Positions 29,226 to 39,193 of a stretch of DNA of 64,000 bases are shown here, in pieces. The notes below the pieces were generated by a model that did no database searches, was not told the origin of the DNA, and was given only the letters and a program-made list of their open reading frames with translations. Within the stretch, counting starts at the first letter, position 1, and each line of letters opens with the position of its first letter. A program made the position numbers and the translations under genes. Source of the stretch: Deltaproteobacteria bacterium. Its GTDB lineage: Bacteria; Myxococcota; SpSt-1050. The stretch covers positions 5,438 to 69,437 of the forward strand of contig JAOAFA010000087.1 in the NCBI GenBank assembly GCA_026416535.1, in the 5' to 3' direction.

Positions 29226-30056
29226 ATGCTTAGTCTTTTGAACTACTTAGAAAATATATATGCTCGTTTAACTTTGACTGATAAAAGTTCTGATATGGTC
29301 AGGCTGATTATGTTTTTTAGAGCCCTTAGTAGATTTGTGAAGATGATTTTGATAACTATTGGACACGCAAGTGTTTACTACTTCTTGACACTCTTGTTTG
29401 GATACTCAAAGGATAGATTTGAAAGGCATACAAAAATGTGGGCGAGAAAACTTGTGAATAGTTTAAACATAACTATTGATTTTGAAGGAGAAATTCCCAG
29501 AACTCCGAACTTGATGGTTGCAAATCACAGGTCATATATTGACATACCAGTTTTATATACGATTCTTCCCGGTGTTTTTTTAGCAAAGAAGGAGGTTTCT
29601 AGGTGGCCAATTATTGGGTTTGCGGCTAGAGCAGCAGGAACCATATTTGTGGATAGGGGAAATCAAGAGAGTAGGAGCAAGGCTAAGGGCGAGATACTCA
29701 AGAGGATAAGGGGTGGTGAGACTGTGTACATATTTCCAGAGGGGACTACAAGCCCCGGACCAAAGCTTTTGGAATTCAAACTAGGGATGTTTAAGATAGT
29801 GTCTGAAAATCAATTGCCTATTGTTCCTGTGGCTATTCAGTATGCTGATAAAAATGATGCATGGCTCGGTGATGACACATTTGTGGGTCATTTTTTCAGG
29901 ACTTTTTCCAAAAAGAGGATTTTTGTAAAAGTTGTCTTTTGTGAACCCGTAATTGGAAGTGATGCAGAGATCATAAAAAGGCTGACCCATAAGGCTATTT
30001 GGGAAAATTTATCGGAATATTTTGAGGTATCTTTACATTTTGAGAATCCAACCTAA
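29226..30056 (+). CDS. Lysophospholipid / 1-acyl-glycerol-3-phosphate acyltransferase (PlsC family).
   Basis: The HxxxxD motif 'NHRSYID' and an 'FPEGTTS' block. Confidence 0.8.
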   Translation: MLSLLNYLENIYARLTLTDKSSDMVRLIMFFRALSRFVKMILITIGHASVYYFLTLLFGYSKDRFERHTKMWARKLVNSLNITIDFEGEIPRTPNLMVANHRSYIDIPVLYTILPGVFLAKKEVSRWPIIGFAARAAGTIFVDRGNQESRSKAKGEILKRIRGGETVYIFPEGTTSPGPKLLEFKLGMFKIVSENQLPIVPVAIQYADKNDAWLGDDTFVGHFFRTFSKKRIFVKVVFCEPVIGSDAEIIKRLTHKAIWENLSEYFEVSLHFENPT

Positions 30057-30073
30057 TAAAAAGGAGTTAGGAC

Positions 30074-30883
30074 ATGAAAAAATATTATTTTGAGTACTTA
30101 GAGTATCCGGGCAAATATATGAACTTCGATAGGCTATCATCTCTTGTGAAAGATATTCGTGAATGTGCAGCTACCTGTTTTAACCCTCTTCCAGAGTATC
30201 AGTGCATAAAAGGTACTAGAGAGGAACTATCAGATAAAATAATCTCACTTGCTTACAGAGATGATGGCATTCTTGCAGGATTTTGTTCAACAGTTGTTTT
30301 GCCCGTAAAATTTATTGGCAAAGTTCTTCATTTAGGGCTTACCTGTGTTAGACCTGAGGACAGAGGTGCAAAGCTTACACATAAACTGATGACAAAGGTA
30401 CTAATAAATTATATCTTTAGAAAAAAACCTATTGGTAGATTGTGGATTACTAATTGTGCATGTGTGTTGTCGAGTTTAGGAAATGTGGCATTATATTTTG
30501 ACAATGTCTTTCCATCTCCATTTGGATTGCGAGAACCAACTTGGAAACATCATCTTATTGCTAATACAATTGATCACTACTATAGGGATAAGATGTATAT
30601 CCTACCAGATGCCAAATTTGACCCAGTGTATTTTGTCTTTAGGGGAAGTGTCATAAATACTCCATTTGAAAAGAAAGATGAGGATAAAAGATATTATCAT
30701 AGAATTGGTTTTTTAAACGATTTTTACAAAGGGATTATGAATATGAATAACGGAGATGAAGTTTTACAAGTGGGGACGGTTAGTGCCTTCAGTGTGTTCA
30801 AATATTATCACAGGCTTAGAAAGGCAAGGGCATTACTCAGGAATACCAATATAACATATGAAAACAAGCAATTGGTTGTGTAG
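30074..30883 (+). CDS. Hypothetical protein, possibly a GNAT-fold acyltransferase. Paralog of the next gene.
   Basis: 'LHLGLTCVRPEDRGAKLTHKLM' resembles GNAT motif A. The N-terminus (YYFEYLEYPGKYMNFDRLSSLVKDIRE) is shared with the downstream gene. Confidence 0.45.
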   Translation: MKKYYFEYLEYPGKYMNFDRLSSLVKDIRECAATCFNPLPEYQCIKGTREELSDKIISLAYRDDGILAGFCSTVVLPVKFIGKVLHLGLTCVRPEDRGAKLTHKLMTKVLINYIFRKKPIGRLWITNCACVLSSLGNVALYFDNVFPSPFGLREPTWKHHLIANTIDHYYRDKMYILPDAKFDPVYFVFRGSVINTPFEKKDEDKRYYHRIGFLNDFYKGIMNMNNGDEVLQVGTVSAFSVFKYYHRLRKARALLRNTNITYENKQLVV

Positions 30884-30893
30884 GAGGTAAAGG

Positions 30894-31565
30894 ATGATAA
30901 GATATGAATTTTATTATTTCCCTGGAAAATACTTGGGCTATGATGACTTTAGTCATCTGGTTTCTGAAATGAGAAGGGTTGCATCATATGAAGGTATATC
31001 AATTGATACACCTGTAAGGGAATATCTTAAAGAGAAGATCGTTGTGATAGCTCGAAAGAAGGGATCTGCTGTAGCGTATCGAATGGCAGAGTTTATTAGG
31101 GTGCCTAAGAGCCTTGATGTTTTATTTGTACATAGCATCGTGAGTACACCAGCAGTCTTCAAAGGTGAGTATAATTATATCATGCTTAGCACTTTAGTTA
31201 ACAATCTAGTTGTGAGATTTCGAATTCTTGGAAATACATATGTCTGTTGTGTTAACGATAGTTTTTATGATATACATAAGTTTGAAAACGATTTTATAGA
31301 TGTGTTTCCTTCAATTGTACAAGATAACCAGCCCAGATCAGTTTATGTAAGTGTGTTCGAATATATAATTTCAAATAGAAGGGATGTATTGGGAATTTAC
31401 AATTCATCAGAGATCGATAGGTGTACATATTTCATAAACAATGAGAGAATCATTCAGATAGGAAAGACTAATTTTATTAAATGTATTTCCAATCTTATAA
31501 AAGGTAAATCAGTTAAAAAGTCAAGAGCTATACTAACACCAGATAACAACGTCCGCATTGCATAA
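30894..31565 (+). CDS. Hypothetical protein; tandem paralog of 30074-30883.
   Basis: N-terminus 'YEFYYFPGKYLGYDDFSHLVSEMRR' is clearly similar to the upstream gene's N-terminus. Confidence 0.45.
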   Translation: MIRYEFYYFPGKYLGYDDFSHLVSEMRRVASYEGISIDTPVREYLKEKIVVIARKKGSAVAYRMAEFIRVPKSLDVLFVHSIVSTPAVFKGEYNYIMLSTLVNNLVVRFRILGNTYVCCVNDSFYDIHKFENDFIDVFPSIVQDNQPRSVYVSVFEYIISNRRDVLGIYNSSEIDRCTYFINNERIIQIGKTNFIKCISNLIKGKSVKKSRAILTPDNNVRIA

Positions 31566-31675
31566 ATTGATTATAAAGTGTAGCAAATTATGATCTTTTC
31601 TTAATAATAGCCCGGTTCTTAATCAAAGATTTAGTGAGTTTTTAAAATAGGATAATATTAGTAAGGTAAAGATAT

Positions 31676-32449
31676 ATGCACGTGTGGGAGGAGAGAGATA
31701 TGATAGATTCATTAAGCAATTTTATAAATATTAAGTGTGGTGTGCAAAGATATACAAAGTCCTTGTCAACTTTATTTCAACCTATATACTCTGCAGAGTA
31801 TATGGAAATATTCGGGTATGAGGCTCTTACTAAGGTAGATGATAACAGTAATATTATGGTCGCTGACCTGTTTGCTTTGGCATTAGAGTCAAGAGAGATC
31901 CTGTTTTTGGATATGTACTGCCGACATATAGCCTTAAAAAATGCGAGCCTGAATGGTTTTAAAGACAGGCACTATCTGTTTTTAAATATATGTCCAGAGG
32001 TTTTACTTGATCCGCGGCATAAACCGCAAGTAACAGACCTTCTTGCCTCGAGGTATGGGATATCGAAGGAACATATAATCCTTGAAATTACAGAAGAGAG
32101 CGCAGTTAGAGATTACAAGACATTCTTGAAGGCAATAGATTATTATAGGACAAATGGATATAAGATAGCCATAGATGATTTTGGAGTGGGATTTGGTGGA
32201 CCCAAGATGTTGAGTGAGGTCAAGCCTGAGATTGTGAAGATAGATAAGTATTTTGTATCTACAGCGATTAATAATAAAATAAGTAGGAGCTTTATTAAAC
32301 TTATAGTAGAGCTATGCAATGAAACCAATATCCTTACTTTAGCAGAGGGTATTGAGAATCAGGATGAATTGGAGCTTATGATTAGACTAAGGGTAGACCT
32401 CTTGCAAGGTTATTTCTTGGGCCGCCCAGCCTCGAAGTTCAGAGAATAA
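31676..32449 (+). CDS. Stand-alone EAL-domain protein (c-di-GMP phosphodiesterase family).
   Basis: 'YEAL' motif; 'IAIDDFGVGFGGPKMLSEVKPEIVKIDK' (the DDFGTG…KID block); and a C-terminal 'LAEGIENQDE'. Confidence 0.75.
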   Translation: MHVWEERDMIDSLSNFINIKCGVQRYTKSLSTLFQPIYSAEYMEIFGYEALTKVDDNSNIMVADLFALALESREILFLDMYCRHIALKNASLNGFKDRHYLFLNICPEVLLDPRHKPQVTDLLASRYGISKEHIILEITEESAVRDYKTFLKAIDYYRTNGYKIAIDDFGVGFGGPKMLSEVKPEIVKIDKYFVSTAINNKISRSFIKLIVELCNETNILTLAEGIENQDELELMIRLRVDLLQGYFLGRPASKFRE

Positions 32450-32458
32450 AGATTATAA

Positions 32459-32932
32459 TTATTCCCCTTTTACTTGTGTAGTTAGAAATATTGGGAGAGT
32501 CATATGTGATATCTGATCCAAAAGTTCTTCTATCTCATCAATATGTCTATCTTCATCGCTTAATATGCCTTCAAGTATTTCTCTCGTAGCAAAATCGTTT
32601 ACATCGCCCGCGAGCTTAATTGCCTTATTGTATGCGACGATCGCTTCTTCTTCTGCCTTGTGGTCATTAGCCAATTGTTTGGATACATCAGAGCCTATGT
32701 TTATTTTATTTAATTCAGAGACTATTGGAATCCCCTCTAAGAAAATGATCCTTGCTATTAATTTTTCTGCATGTTTCATCTCTTCAATTGCTCTTTTTTC
32801 AAAGTGTTTATGGAGTTTTTCATAGCCCCAATTATCACACATCTCGGAATGAACCATATACTGGTTGATGGCTGTTAATTCATCTTTAAGTAGTGAATTG
32901 AGTGTCTGAATTAACTCCGTGTTACCTTTCAT
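32459..32932 (-). CDS. bfr: Bacterioferritin.
   Basis: 'LNSLLKDELTAINQYMVHSEMCDNWGYEKLHKHFEKRAIEEMKHAEKLIARI' matches the ferritin-like di-iron motif of Bfr. Confidence 0.85.
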   Translation of the reverse strand: MKGNTELIQTLNSLLKDELTAINQYMVHSEMCDNWGYEKLHKHFEKRAIEEMKHAEKLIARIIFLEGIPIVSELNKINIGSDVSKQLANDHKAEEEAIVAYNKAIKLAGDVNDFATREILEGILSDEDRHIDEIEELLDQISHMTLPIFLTTQVKGE

Positions 32933-32957
32933 ACAAGAACCTCCTTTTCTATAAAAA

Positions 32958-34100
32958 TTATTTTGGACAATTCTCGGATTTATAGCCGAGTTTACAAGCC
33001 TTTCTAAGTGCGTCTATAGATTCTTTTTGTTTTTTTGTATCAGCAAGTATTTTACTCATGAGAGCCCAACTTTGGAAGTTTGTTGGGTAGATATCTATTG
33101 ATTTTTTCAGGTGCATCATTGCAAATTCGTAGTCTTTGAGTTTGTAGAAGTATTCTGCAAATGCATAATAAGTAAGATAATGATTTGGGGAGCTTTCTAT
33201 CAAATCTCTAAGTTGCTCCTCAGCCTTGTTGAGTTCACCATCGGATATGAGCTTTTGAATCTCCGTGATATCTGGGGTAATTCCTTTACCACCAAGTTTT
33301 ACGTTCGATCCCAGTGCCTGTGCATCAGTACAGCTTGCCTGGACACCGAGTTTACAGGCCTGTTCAAATGCCTTTTTTGCCTCATCGAAGTTCCCAATAC
33401 TATTGTATGCCAATCCAAGCTTATCCCAGAGATTCCCATTCTTTTTGTTGATTTCTAATGCTAGTCTGTAATATTCGATAGCCTTGTCATAGTTGCCTTT
33501 CATAGACCATTCATAACCTGCCTCTTCAAGTGCCTTTGTGTGTTTGGGGTCAATGCTTACAGCCTGCTCAAATGCGATGAGTGCATCGTCGTATTTTGCC
33601 TGTGATTGGTAGATCTTGCCTTGTTGATAGTAATAATCTGCTGTGCCTTCTTTATAAGGGTTTTTCATAACTGGTTTACCTGTTGGTGAGTAGTAGCCTG
33701 GATTGAGGTCATTGCATGATGCCTTGACTCCGAGGTCACAAGCCTTTTTGAAAAATTCCTTAGCCTTCTCTGTGTTCCCCAAATTTTTGTAAATAATACC
33801 TGCCAAGTCAAGTGCACCAGGTAGGTTTGGCTTTAGTGTAATTACCTTTGTAATATTTTGAGCCGCCTCTTGATATTTGCCTTCCGAATTATAAATCTCT
33901 GCCAACTTCTTTAGAGCTCCAGTATGTTCTGGATTAATCGATATAATCTTGTTTAATAACTCTTTAGCCTTCTCTTTGAAACCAGCATAATAAAAGTCTT
34001 CTGCCTGAAAGTAGAGGTCCTCCAACGAGACCTTTTCCTTACCAGCTAACGCAAGGCAGGAAAGAATAATAAAAATAACCAAATAAAATAATCTTTTCAT
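32958..34100 (-). CDS. Secreted tetratricopeptide-repeat protein.
   Basis: Signal peptide and multiple TPR units (…AxxYYxxGxxxxA…). Confidence 0.75.
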   Translation of the reverse strand: MKRLFYLVIFIILSCLALAGKEKVSLEDLYFQAEDFYYAGFKEKAKELLNKIISINPEHTGALKKLAEIYNSEGKYQEAAQNITKVITLKPNLPGALDLAGIIYKNLGNTEKAKEFFKKACDLGVKASCNDLNPGYYSPTGKPVMKNPYKEGTADYYYQQGKIYQSQAKYDDALIAFEQAVSIDPKHTKALEEAGYEWSMKGNYDKAIEYYRLALEINKKNGNLWDKLGLAYNSIGNFDEAKKAFEQACKLGVQASCTDAQALGSNVKLGGKGITPDITEIQKLISDGELNKAEEQLRDLIESSPNHYLTYYAFAEYFYKLKDYEFAMMHLKKSIDIYPTNFQSWALMSKILADTKKQKESIDALRKACKLGYKSENCPK

Positions 34101-34112
34101 CTCTTCTCCTCA

Positions 34113-34604
34113 TCATTTTTTGGATTTATCTTCTTCTCCCTTGAGTGTTTCTATCTCCCTCTTTATATCTTCCACTTTCCGTCTTAGATTTTCAACCTCT
34201 TCTTTTATTTCGGGGATTTGAGTAATTAAGGCTCTTTGGGATTTATATCCTAGTTCGGCAATAGTATCTTCCAATTGCTTTGTAAGTTCTTCTAACTTCT
34301 TTTTCTTTTCCTCATCTAATTTTTTTTTGTTCTCTTGAAGTTTCCTATTGTCTTCTTCTGTTTTATTATAATCTCTAACCATGTCTTTGTAGGCTGGGCG
34401 GGTATCTTGGAGGTCTACGGGAGGTGGTAACTTCTTTTTCTTTTCATAATCATTTATATGTTTCTCTCTGATTCCCTCTGGTAATTTATAGGGCGAGTCA
34501 ACAATGTGTTCGATACCGTTTTCATCAACATATCTATAGAGTTCCTGTCCGGCGACAGGAAGGCTAAGGAATGCGGTTATGATGAAACAAATGATGCTAA
34601 ACAC
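34113..34604 (-). CDS. DUF4124-like secreted protein with a coiled-coil tail.
   Basis: 'LYRYVDENGIEHIVDSPYKLPEG' matches the DUF4124 signature (YxWVDxxGxxHxSD). The C-terminus is Glu/Lys-rich. Confidence 0.55.
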   Translation of the reverse strand: MFSIICFIITAFLSLPVAGQELYRYVDENGIEHIVDSPYKLPEGIREKHINDYEKKKKLPPPVDLQDTRPAYKDMVRDYNKTEEDNRKLQENKKKLDEEKKKKLEELTKQLEDTIAELGYKSQRALITQIPEIKEEVENLRRKVEDIKREIETLKGEEDKSKK

Positions 34605-35737
34605 TATTTCTGTTGTTTTTTGCCTTCTATTCTAAAAAAAGCCTCACCAGTTTCATGGGCGATATAATTGAGAATACTCAAATCATCGACGGTAAAAGCC
34701 CCATCACCTTTTTTATTTATTAACTCTATAGCACCAATTGTCTGTCCTTCGTATTGAATTGGTGCACAGAGGATCGATTTTGTGGGGAAACCTATGGATT
34801 TTGAAATCTTATCAAACCATCTCTTGTCCTTACTAACGTCAGATATTGCCAAACTTACGCCACGGTCAACGCAGAAACCAACAATTCCTTTTCCTATTGG
34901 TATTTTGTATTTTTTAATCTCTTCGCTTTTTGGTCCTCTGACAGCAATAAATGAGAGTTCGGTTTCAGATAGATCGGCGTACAATACAGACCCTGCCTCT
35001 ACACCAATCTTCTTCATAGCGAGATCAAGCATATAATTTGCAGCTTCTTCCCTCGAATTTGCTATGTTATAAACCTCGTAGACCTCAGAAAATAGTGAGG
35101 TCATTATGGATTCTATGTTAGATGAAAGTTGAGTATTCTTCCTGCCGACTTGCTTTTCCTCCTTTATCTCTTTTATCTCTTCAATATTAACCTCTACTTT
35201 TTTGGTAGGTTTCTCAATCGGCTGGTATTGAGCTATTTGTTTTGCAGATGGTGGCTTTGTAATCGGTTCTATTTTAATAGTTGGAGAGATAGGAGATATT
35301 GGGGGTTGGGACTCTTTTACTTCCTGTTTTTGGCTGGTTACACTGGGAGTGGCTGTGGTGGTCTTAATAGGAGGAGTCTCCGGATGTTGTAACGTAGGAG
35401 GTGTAGGAGTTGATACCTCCGGCTGTTGTGGTTTGGGTTGGGGAGTACAATGGGAGACGCTCGAGGTAGTTTGAGCTGGTTGTGTTTGAGTAGTTTGGAT
35501 AGGGAGACTCTCCTCGATCTCTTTGATTGAAAATGCCCTTCCTGTGTTTGGGTCAGTAATCTCAACAGATCCATCCTCCTTAAAGTCGCAAATAATGTTA
35601 GAACCAAGTTCTGTCTTCTCCCCTACCTTCTGTCTCCCAATTTGAAGAGCCATCATCCAGTTTTCAGCTTCAACCTTGATCTGAAGATTTGGTATACCTT
35701 GCGTGGATGAAGGGATATATACTAAAAATTTTGCCAT
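34604..35737 (-). CDS. GAF-domain protein with an N-terminal unknown domain and a Pro/Thr/Gln-rich linker.
   Basis: The C-terminal ~150 aa show the GAF pattern (…IGVEAGSVLYADL…GIVGFCVDRGVSLAISDVSKDKRWF…). The linker reads 'QTTQTQPAQTTSSVSHCTPQPKPQQPEVSTPTPPTLQHPETPP'. Confidence 0.6.
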   Translation of the reverse strand: MAKFLVYIPSSTQGIPNLQIKVEAENWMMALQIGRQKVGEKTELGSNIICDFKEDGSVEITDPNTGRAFSIKEIEESLPIQTTQTQPAQTTSSVSHCTPQPKPQQPEVSTPTPPTLQHPETPPIKTTTATPSVTSQKQEVKESQPPISPISPTIKIEPITKPPSAKQIAQYQPIEKPTKKVEVNIEEIKEIKEEKQVGRKNTQLSSNIESIMTSLFSEVYEVYNIANSREEAANYMLDLAMKKIGVEAGSVLYADLSETELSFIAVRGPKSEEIKKYKIPIGKGIVGFCVDRGVSLAISDVSKDKRWFDKISKSIGFPTKSILCAPIQYEGQTIGAIELINKKGDGAFTVDDLSILNYIAHETGEAFFRIEGKKQQK

Positions 35738-35749
35738 AGTATTCTCCTC

Positions 35750-36331
35750 TTACTTCTTGTTTATGTAGGATTCAATTTCTAATAAAAAGTCCTTAAGCAA
35801 AACAGGTGATTCATTAGATGATTTCTCTATTCTCATCTTACCGTCTTTGTCAAAGACACCGAGTCCCAATTGTGAGATATCCCTGATTACCTTCTCTTCA
35901 CCAGTTGTCTCATCTTTTATAATTGAGAATTTGGCTTGGGATAGAGCTAAGAGGAACCTAAATTCCTCACCCTTTTTCAAAAACAGGATAACCCGTTCTC
36001 CCTCCTTTAGTTTTGCATCTCCGGTAATAAAGAGATGTTGGTTATTAACCTTTCCACCAATCTGGCGTATCTTTATCTCTTTCTCTTTTGCGCTACCTTT
36101 TATCCATTTTTCTACTACAATCGTTGTTATTGTATAGGGTGTTTGTTGTTTTTCATCAAAAGTATAGGATATCTCCTTTACACTACCTATTACTATTTCG
36201 TCGGCCTTTTCAGTCATCTCTTTATTTGTAAGCTTAAGTGCTACAGATGCAAATAGCATGTTATATATTGCTAGTGAAATTATGATTGCTAAATAATTTA
36301 TCTTTTTCATTTTTGCTCTCCTATAAGACAA
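35750..36331 (-). CDS. Hypothetical secreted protein.
   Basis: Signal peptide; no recognisable domain. Confidence 0.45.
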   Translation of the reverse strand: MSYRRAKMKKINYLAIIISLAIYNMLFASVALKLTNKEMTEKADEIVIGSVKEISYTFDEKQQTPYTITTIVVEKWIKGSAKEKEIKIRQIGGKVNNQHLFITGDAKLKEGERVILFLKKGEEFRFLLALSQAKFSIIKDETTGEEKVIRDISQLGLGVFDKDGKMRIEKSSNESPVLLKDFLLEIESYINKK

Positions 36332-36519
36332 ACCAATATCAGGCTAATTATATAAGTAAAACCTCTGATTAGTCAAATAAAATATTGTGGTTTGTGGTTA
36401 CTCTAAATAGAATATCTTCCTTATAGGTGAATTTTATATCGATATAAGAATAAAAGAGGTAAGTGCCTCACTATGTTCCAAAATACTGTTGAGTATCAAT
36501 CAAAAATGCTAATTGAGCT

Positions 36520-37245
36520 CTATTTAGAAAAAAGATGCTGCATTATTATTGCCGCAGAGACAGAGAGGTTGAGGGATAGTGACTCATCGGAAACGGGTAT
36601 TTTTACTACATAGTCGGAGAGATTAAGCAGCCTTCTATTTATTCCGGCATCCTCTCCTCCTATAATTACCACGAGAGGCGGTATTACATTAAGGCTTTTT
36701 ATGCTTATACTACCAGACATATCAAGTGAGATTATTTTATAGTGTGCCATTTTCAGTTCAAGTGTAACCTGGGGTAGATTATCCTCAATTGAGATACTAA
36801 TGTATTCAACGGCACCTGCTGATGCTTTTACTACGGAAGGTGTTATAGATACAGTATTTTTCCTGGTCAGAATAATCCCTTTAAATGAAAAGAGATATGC
36901 ACTCCTTATAACTGCACCAAGATTATGTGGGTCCTGAACATTGTTTACAATCAATATCCGATCATATTCTCTCTGATTCTCTATAAGCTCTTTGTAGGGG
37001 AGATACTTTATTGGTTCGCATATAGCGACGACACCCTGGTGTTCTCTACTCTTGGAGATATTCCCAAGAATATCTTTCTTAGCAAACCTTATGTCAAGCC
37101 TATGCTCTAATGCAATATCCTGAATCCTCTTTATAGCTGGATTTTTTGAACCACTGAGTAGATATAACCTTTTTATTCCCCTTCTCTTTGCTCTGAGAAG
37201 TTCATAAACAGGATTAACACCATATACAATTGATTCATTGCGCAT
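36520..37245 (-). CDS. rlmB: SpoU/TrmH-family RNA 2'-O-methyltransferase (RlmB-like).
   Basis: N-terminal substrate-binding domain 'IVYGVNPVYELLRAKRRGIKRLYL' and a SPOUT catalytic core. Confidence 0.75.
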   Translation of the reverse strand: MRNESIVYGVNPVYELLRAKRRGIKRLYLLSGSKNPAIKRIQDIALEHRLDIRFAKKDILGNISKSREHQGVVAICEPIKYLPYKELIENQREYDRILIVNNVQDPHNLGAVIRSAYLFSFKGIILTRKNTVSITPSVVKASAGAVEYISISIEDNLPQVTLELKMAHYKIISLDMSGSISIKSLNVIPPLVVIIGGEDAGINRRLLNLSDYVVKIPVSDESLSLNLSVSAAIIMQHLFSK

Positions 37246-37250
37246 TTATT

Positions 37251-37958
37251 TTATTCTCTATTGATAAGATGTTGCGTTAATCTATCCAAATTACTTTTTA
37301 TATCTCCCTCTATGAGCGATCTACCGACTACTATAAAATCTGCACCTGACTCAAACGCTGCCAGTGGGCTCTCAACCCTCTTCTGGTCAAGAGCAGGATC
37401 GCCGGGAAGCCTAATCCCTGGAGTAATAATCTTCAATCTGTTGCCCACAAGGGTCTTTACAAACCCAAGGTCTGAGGCTGAACAGACAATTCCATATATA
37501 CCTGTGTCAAGTGCTAGAGCAACCATATCAGTTATAGCCTCTCTAACTCCAGCTCTGAATCCAATGGATTTTACATCATCATCACTTAAACTAGTAAGGA
37601 TGGTTACACCTATGATTCCAGAAGTTGGAAGAATCTCTTTGAGGGTTTTTGTGGCGTCTCGGAGCATCTTCTCTCCACCGCCTACATGAACTGTTAAGAG
37701 GTCGAAACCGTATTTAGCTAGAGACTTTATAGCTGAGGAGACAGTGTTAGGAATATCACAGAGTTTCAGATCTAAAAAGATCTTAAACCCTTGTGCACGT
37801 GCGTATGGGATTATCTGCTCACCATATCCGAAGAAAGACTGCATCCCAATCTTTACGTATTCAAGACGACCTCTTGTTTCATCAATTACGATCTTTGCTT
37901 CCTCAAAGGTTGGCACATCAACAGCCGCAATTACCCTTTTCAGTAATTCCTTATTCAA
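37251..37958 (-). CDS. pyrF: Orotidine-5'-phosphate decarboxylase.
   Basis: 'FKIFLDLKLCDIPNTV' (the DxK…D active-site block). Confidence 0.85.
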   Translation of the reverse strand: MNKELLKRVIAAVDVPTFEEAKIVIDETRGRLEYVKIGMQSFFGYGEQIIPYARAQGFKIFLDLKLCDIPNTVSSAIKSLAKYGFDLLTVHVGGGEKMLRDATKTLKEILPTSGIIGVTILTSLSDDDVKSIGFRAGVREAITDMVALALDTGIYGIVCSASDLGFVKTLVGNRLKIITPGIRLPGDPALDQKRVESPLAAFESGADFIVVGRSLIEGDIKSNLDRLTQHLINRE

Positions 37959-39193
37959 ATCAAGATACCTCCATTTCTGACACCTTCGTATAGTTTCGCA
38001 ATCTCTCTCAAGATATCATCCCTTTCAGACTCAGGTAGTCCATTTTTGACCTCAAATATACAGTAATTCAAAAGATTGGATAGGGAGTGAAGCAGCTCTC
38101 TCTCTGCCATTTCAAAATATAGTTCTTTTGCCTTATTATATAACTCACTAAGGTTACTTATATTGCCATCAATGTCAAATTGACAAAGCGATATAATCTC
38201 ATCTCCGTCGGGTGGCTGGGAGATATATGACTCAATATGGAGGGTACCAAATCTCCCCTTGCCTTCAAGCGCCTTGTATGAGATTTCCAATGCCTTCTTA
38301 ACTTTATTAATATAGTCTCGATACTTATTTGCCTCTTCTGACTTTGTTCCAATGATTTTGACGAAACCCGCTCTATAAAGTGATACAAGAAACCGCATAC
38401 AGTCATATTCGCCAAGTCTGCTCTCCTCTATAATTTGATTCACGGTTCGTCTGGAATCAACAAATGTGAGAATGTATTTCTCCTTTTCTGTAAGTTCTAT
38501 ATCAGGAGAAGGGCTTATCTGTGAAAGTATTGATTCTCCGTCAGAGATTATGCTCCTAAGTCTTGAGAGTTCACCATACTGCCTCATACCTTCCATGATT
38601 AGTTCAAGTGTGCTCTCCGAGAGCTTTACTGCATTGGTTAGATCTGGTTTCTTTTCTTCAAAGACGTAAAACCCGTCCTGATATGAAAACAGACTCAAAA
38701 ATATTGCCTTGACTTGCTGAGTTAGCCCCACATATATATCTCTTGGGGTAACAAGCTTTCTCTCCATCAATATCTCACCAAGTCTTGTTCCACTCTTTAC
38801 CTTATCGGCCACTTCAAGGAGAGTTTCTCTCGAGATTCTACCACTTCTAAAAAGGATATTACCAAGCCTATCCTCTTCAAGTTCCGAGATTGCGTATACA
38901 AGTTCTCCTCCCTGAAAGTAGAGTGCCTTTTTAAAGTTATCTTTTATAAAAGTTAAAACACCGTCTTTTCTGAGGGAATTGATCATGCCGATTATCTCGA
39001 CAAGGCCAAGGACAGATATATCTCCCATGAACATACTTTTCAAAGGTCGCTCTGAAGAATGTAATATGAATGTTTCCTGATTGATCCTTGTAAACTCGGC
39101 CTCACCTTTTTCATTAAAGGTTGAGAACAATTTCGATACACTATCTGGCAATATAATTCTATCTATATTGTCTTTCAAAATCTTAAATCTCAT
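37955..39193 (-). CDS. DUF4388 (PATAN-like) domain protein.
   Basis: 'GDISVLGLVEIIGMINSLRKDGVLTFIKDNFKKALYFQGGELVYA' matches the DUF4388 core (L/F-x-L-x-D-L-L-Q-x…G-x-L-x…G-x-I). Its stop overlaps the pyrF start. Confidence 0.6.
   Translation of the reverse strand: MRFKILKDNIDRIILPDSVSKLFSTFNEKGEAEFTRINQETFILHSSERPLKSMFMGDISVLGLVEIIGMINSLRKDGVLTFIKDNFKKALYFQGGELVYAISELEEDRLGNILFRSGRISRETLLEVADKVKSGTRLGEILMERKLVTPRDIYVGLTQQVKAIFLSLFSYQDGFYVFEEKKPDLTNAVKLSESTLELIMEGMRQYGELSRLRSIISDGESILSQISPSPDIELTEKEKYILTFVDSRRTVNQIIEESRLGEYDCMRFLVSLYRAGFVKIIGTKSEEANKYRDYINKVKKALEISYKALEGKGRFGTLHIESYISQPPDGDEIISLCQFDIDGNISNLSELYNKAKELYFEMAERELLHSLSNLLNYCIFEVKNGLPESERDDILREIAKLYEGVRNGGILI

Noticed and set aside
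35129-35607. Two overlapping 87-89 aa ORFs with Arg/Leu/Pro-rich sequence.
   Set aside because: They sit inside the Pro/Thr-rich linker of the GAF gene in alternative frames, so they are a low-complexity artefact.
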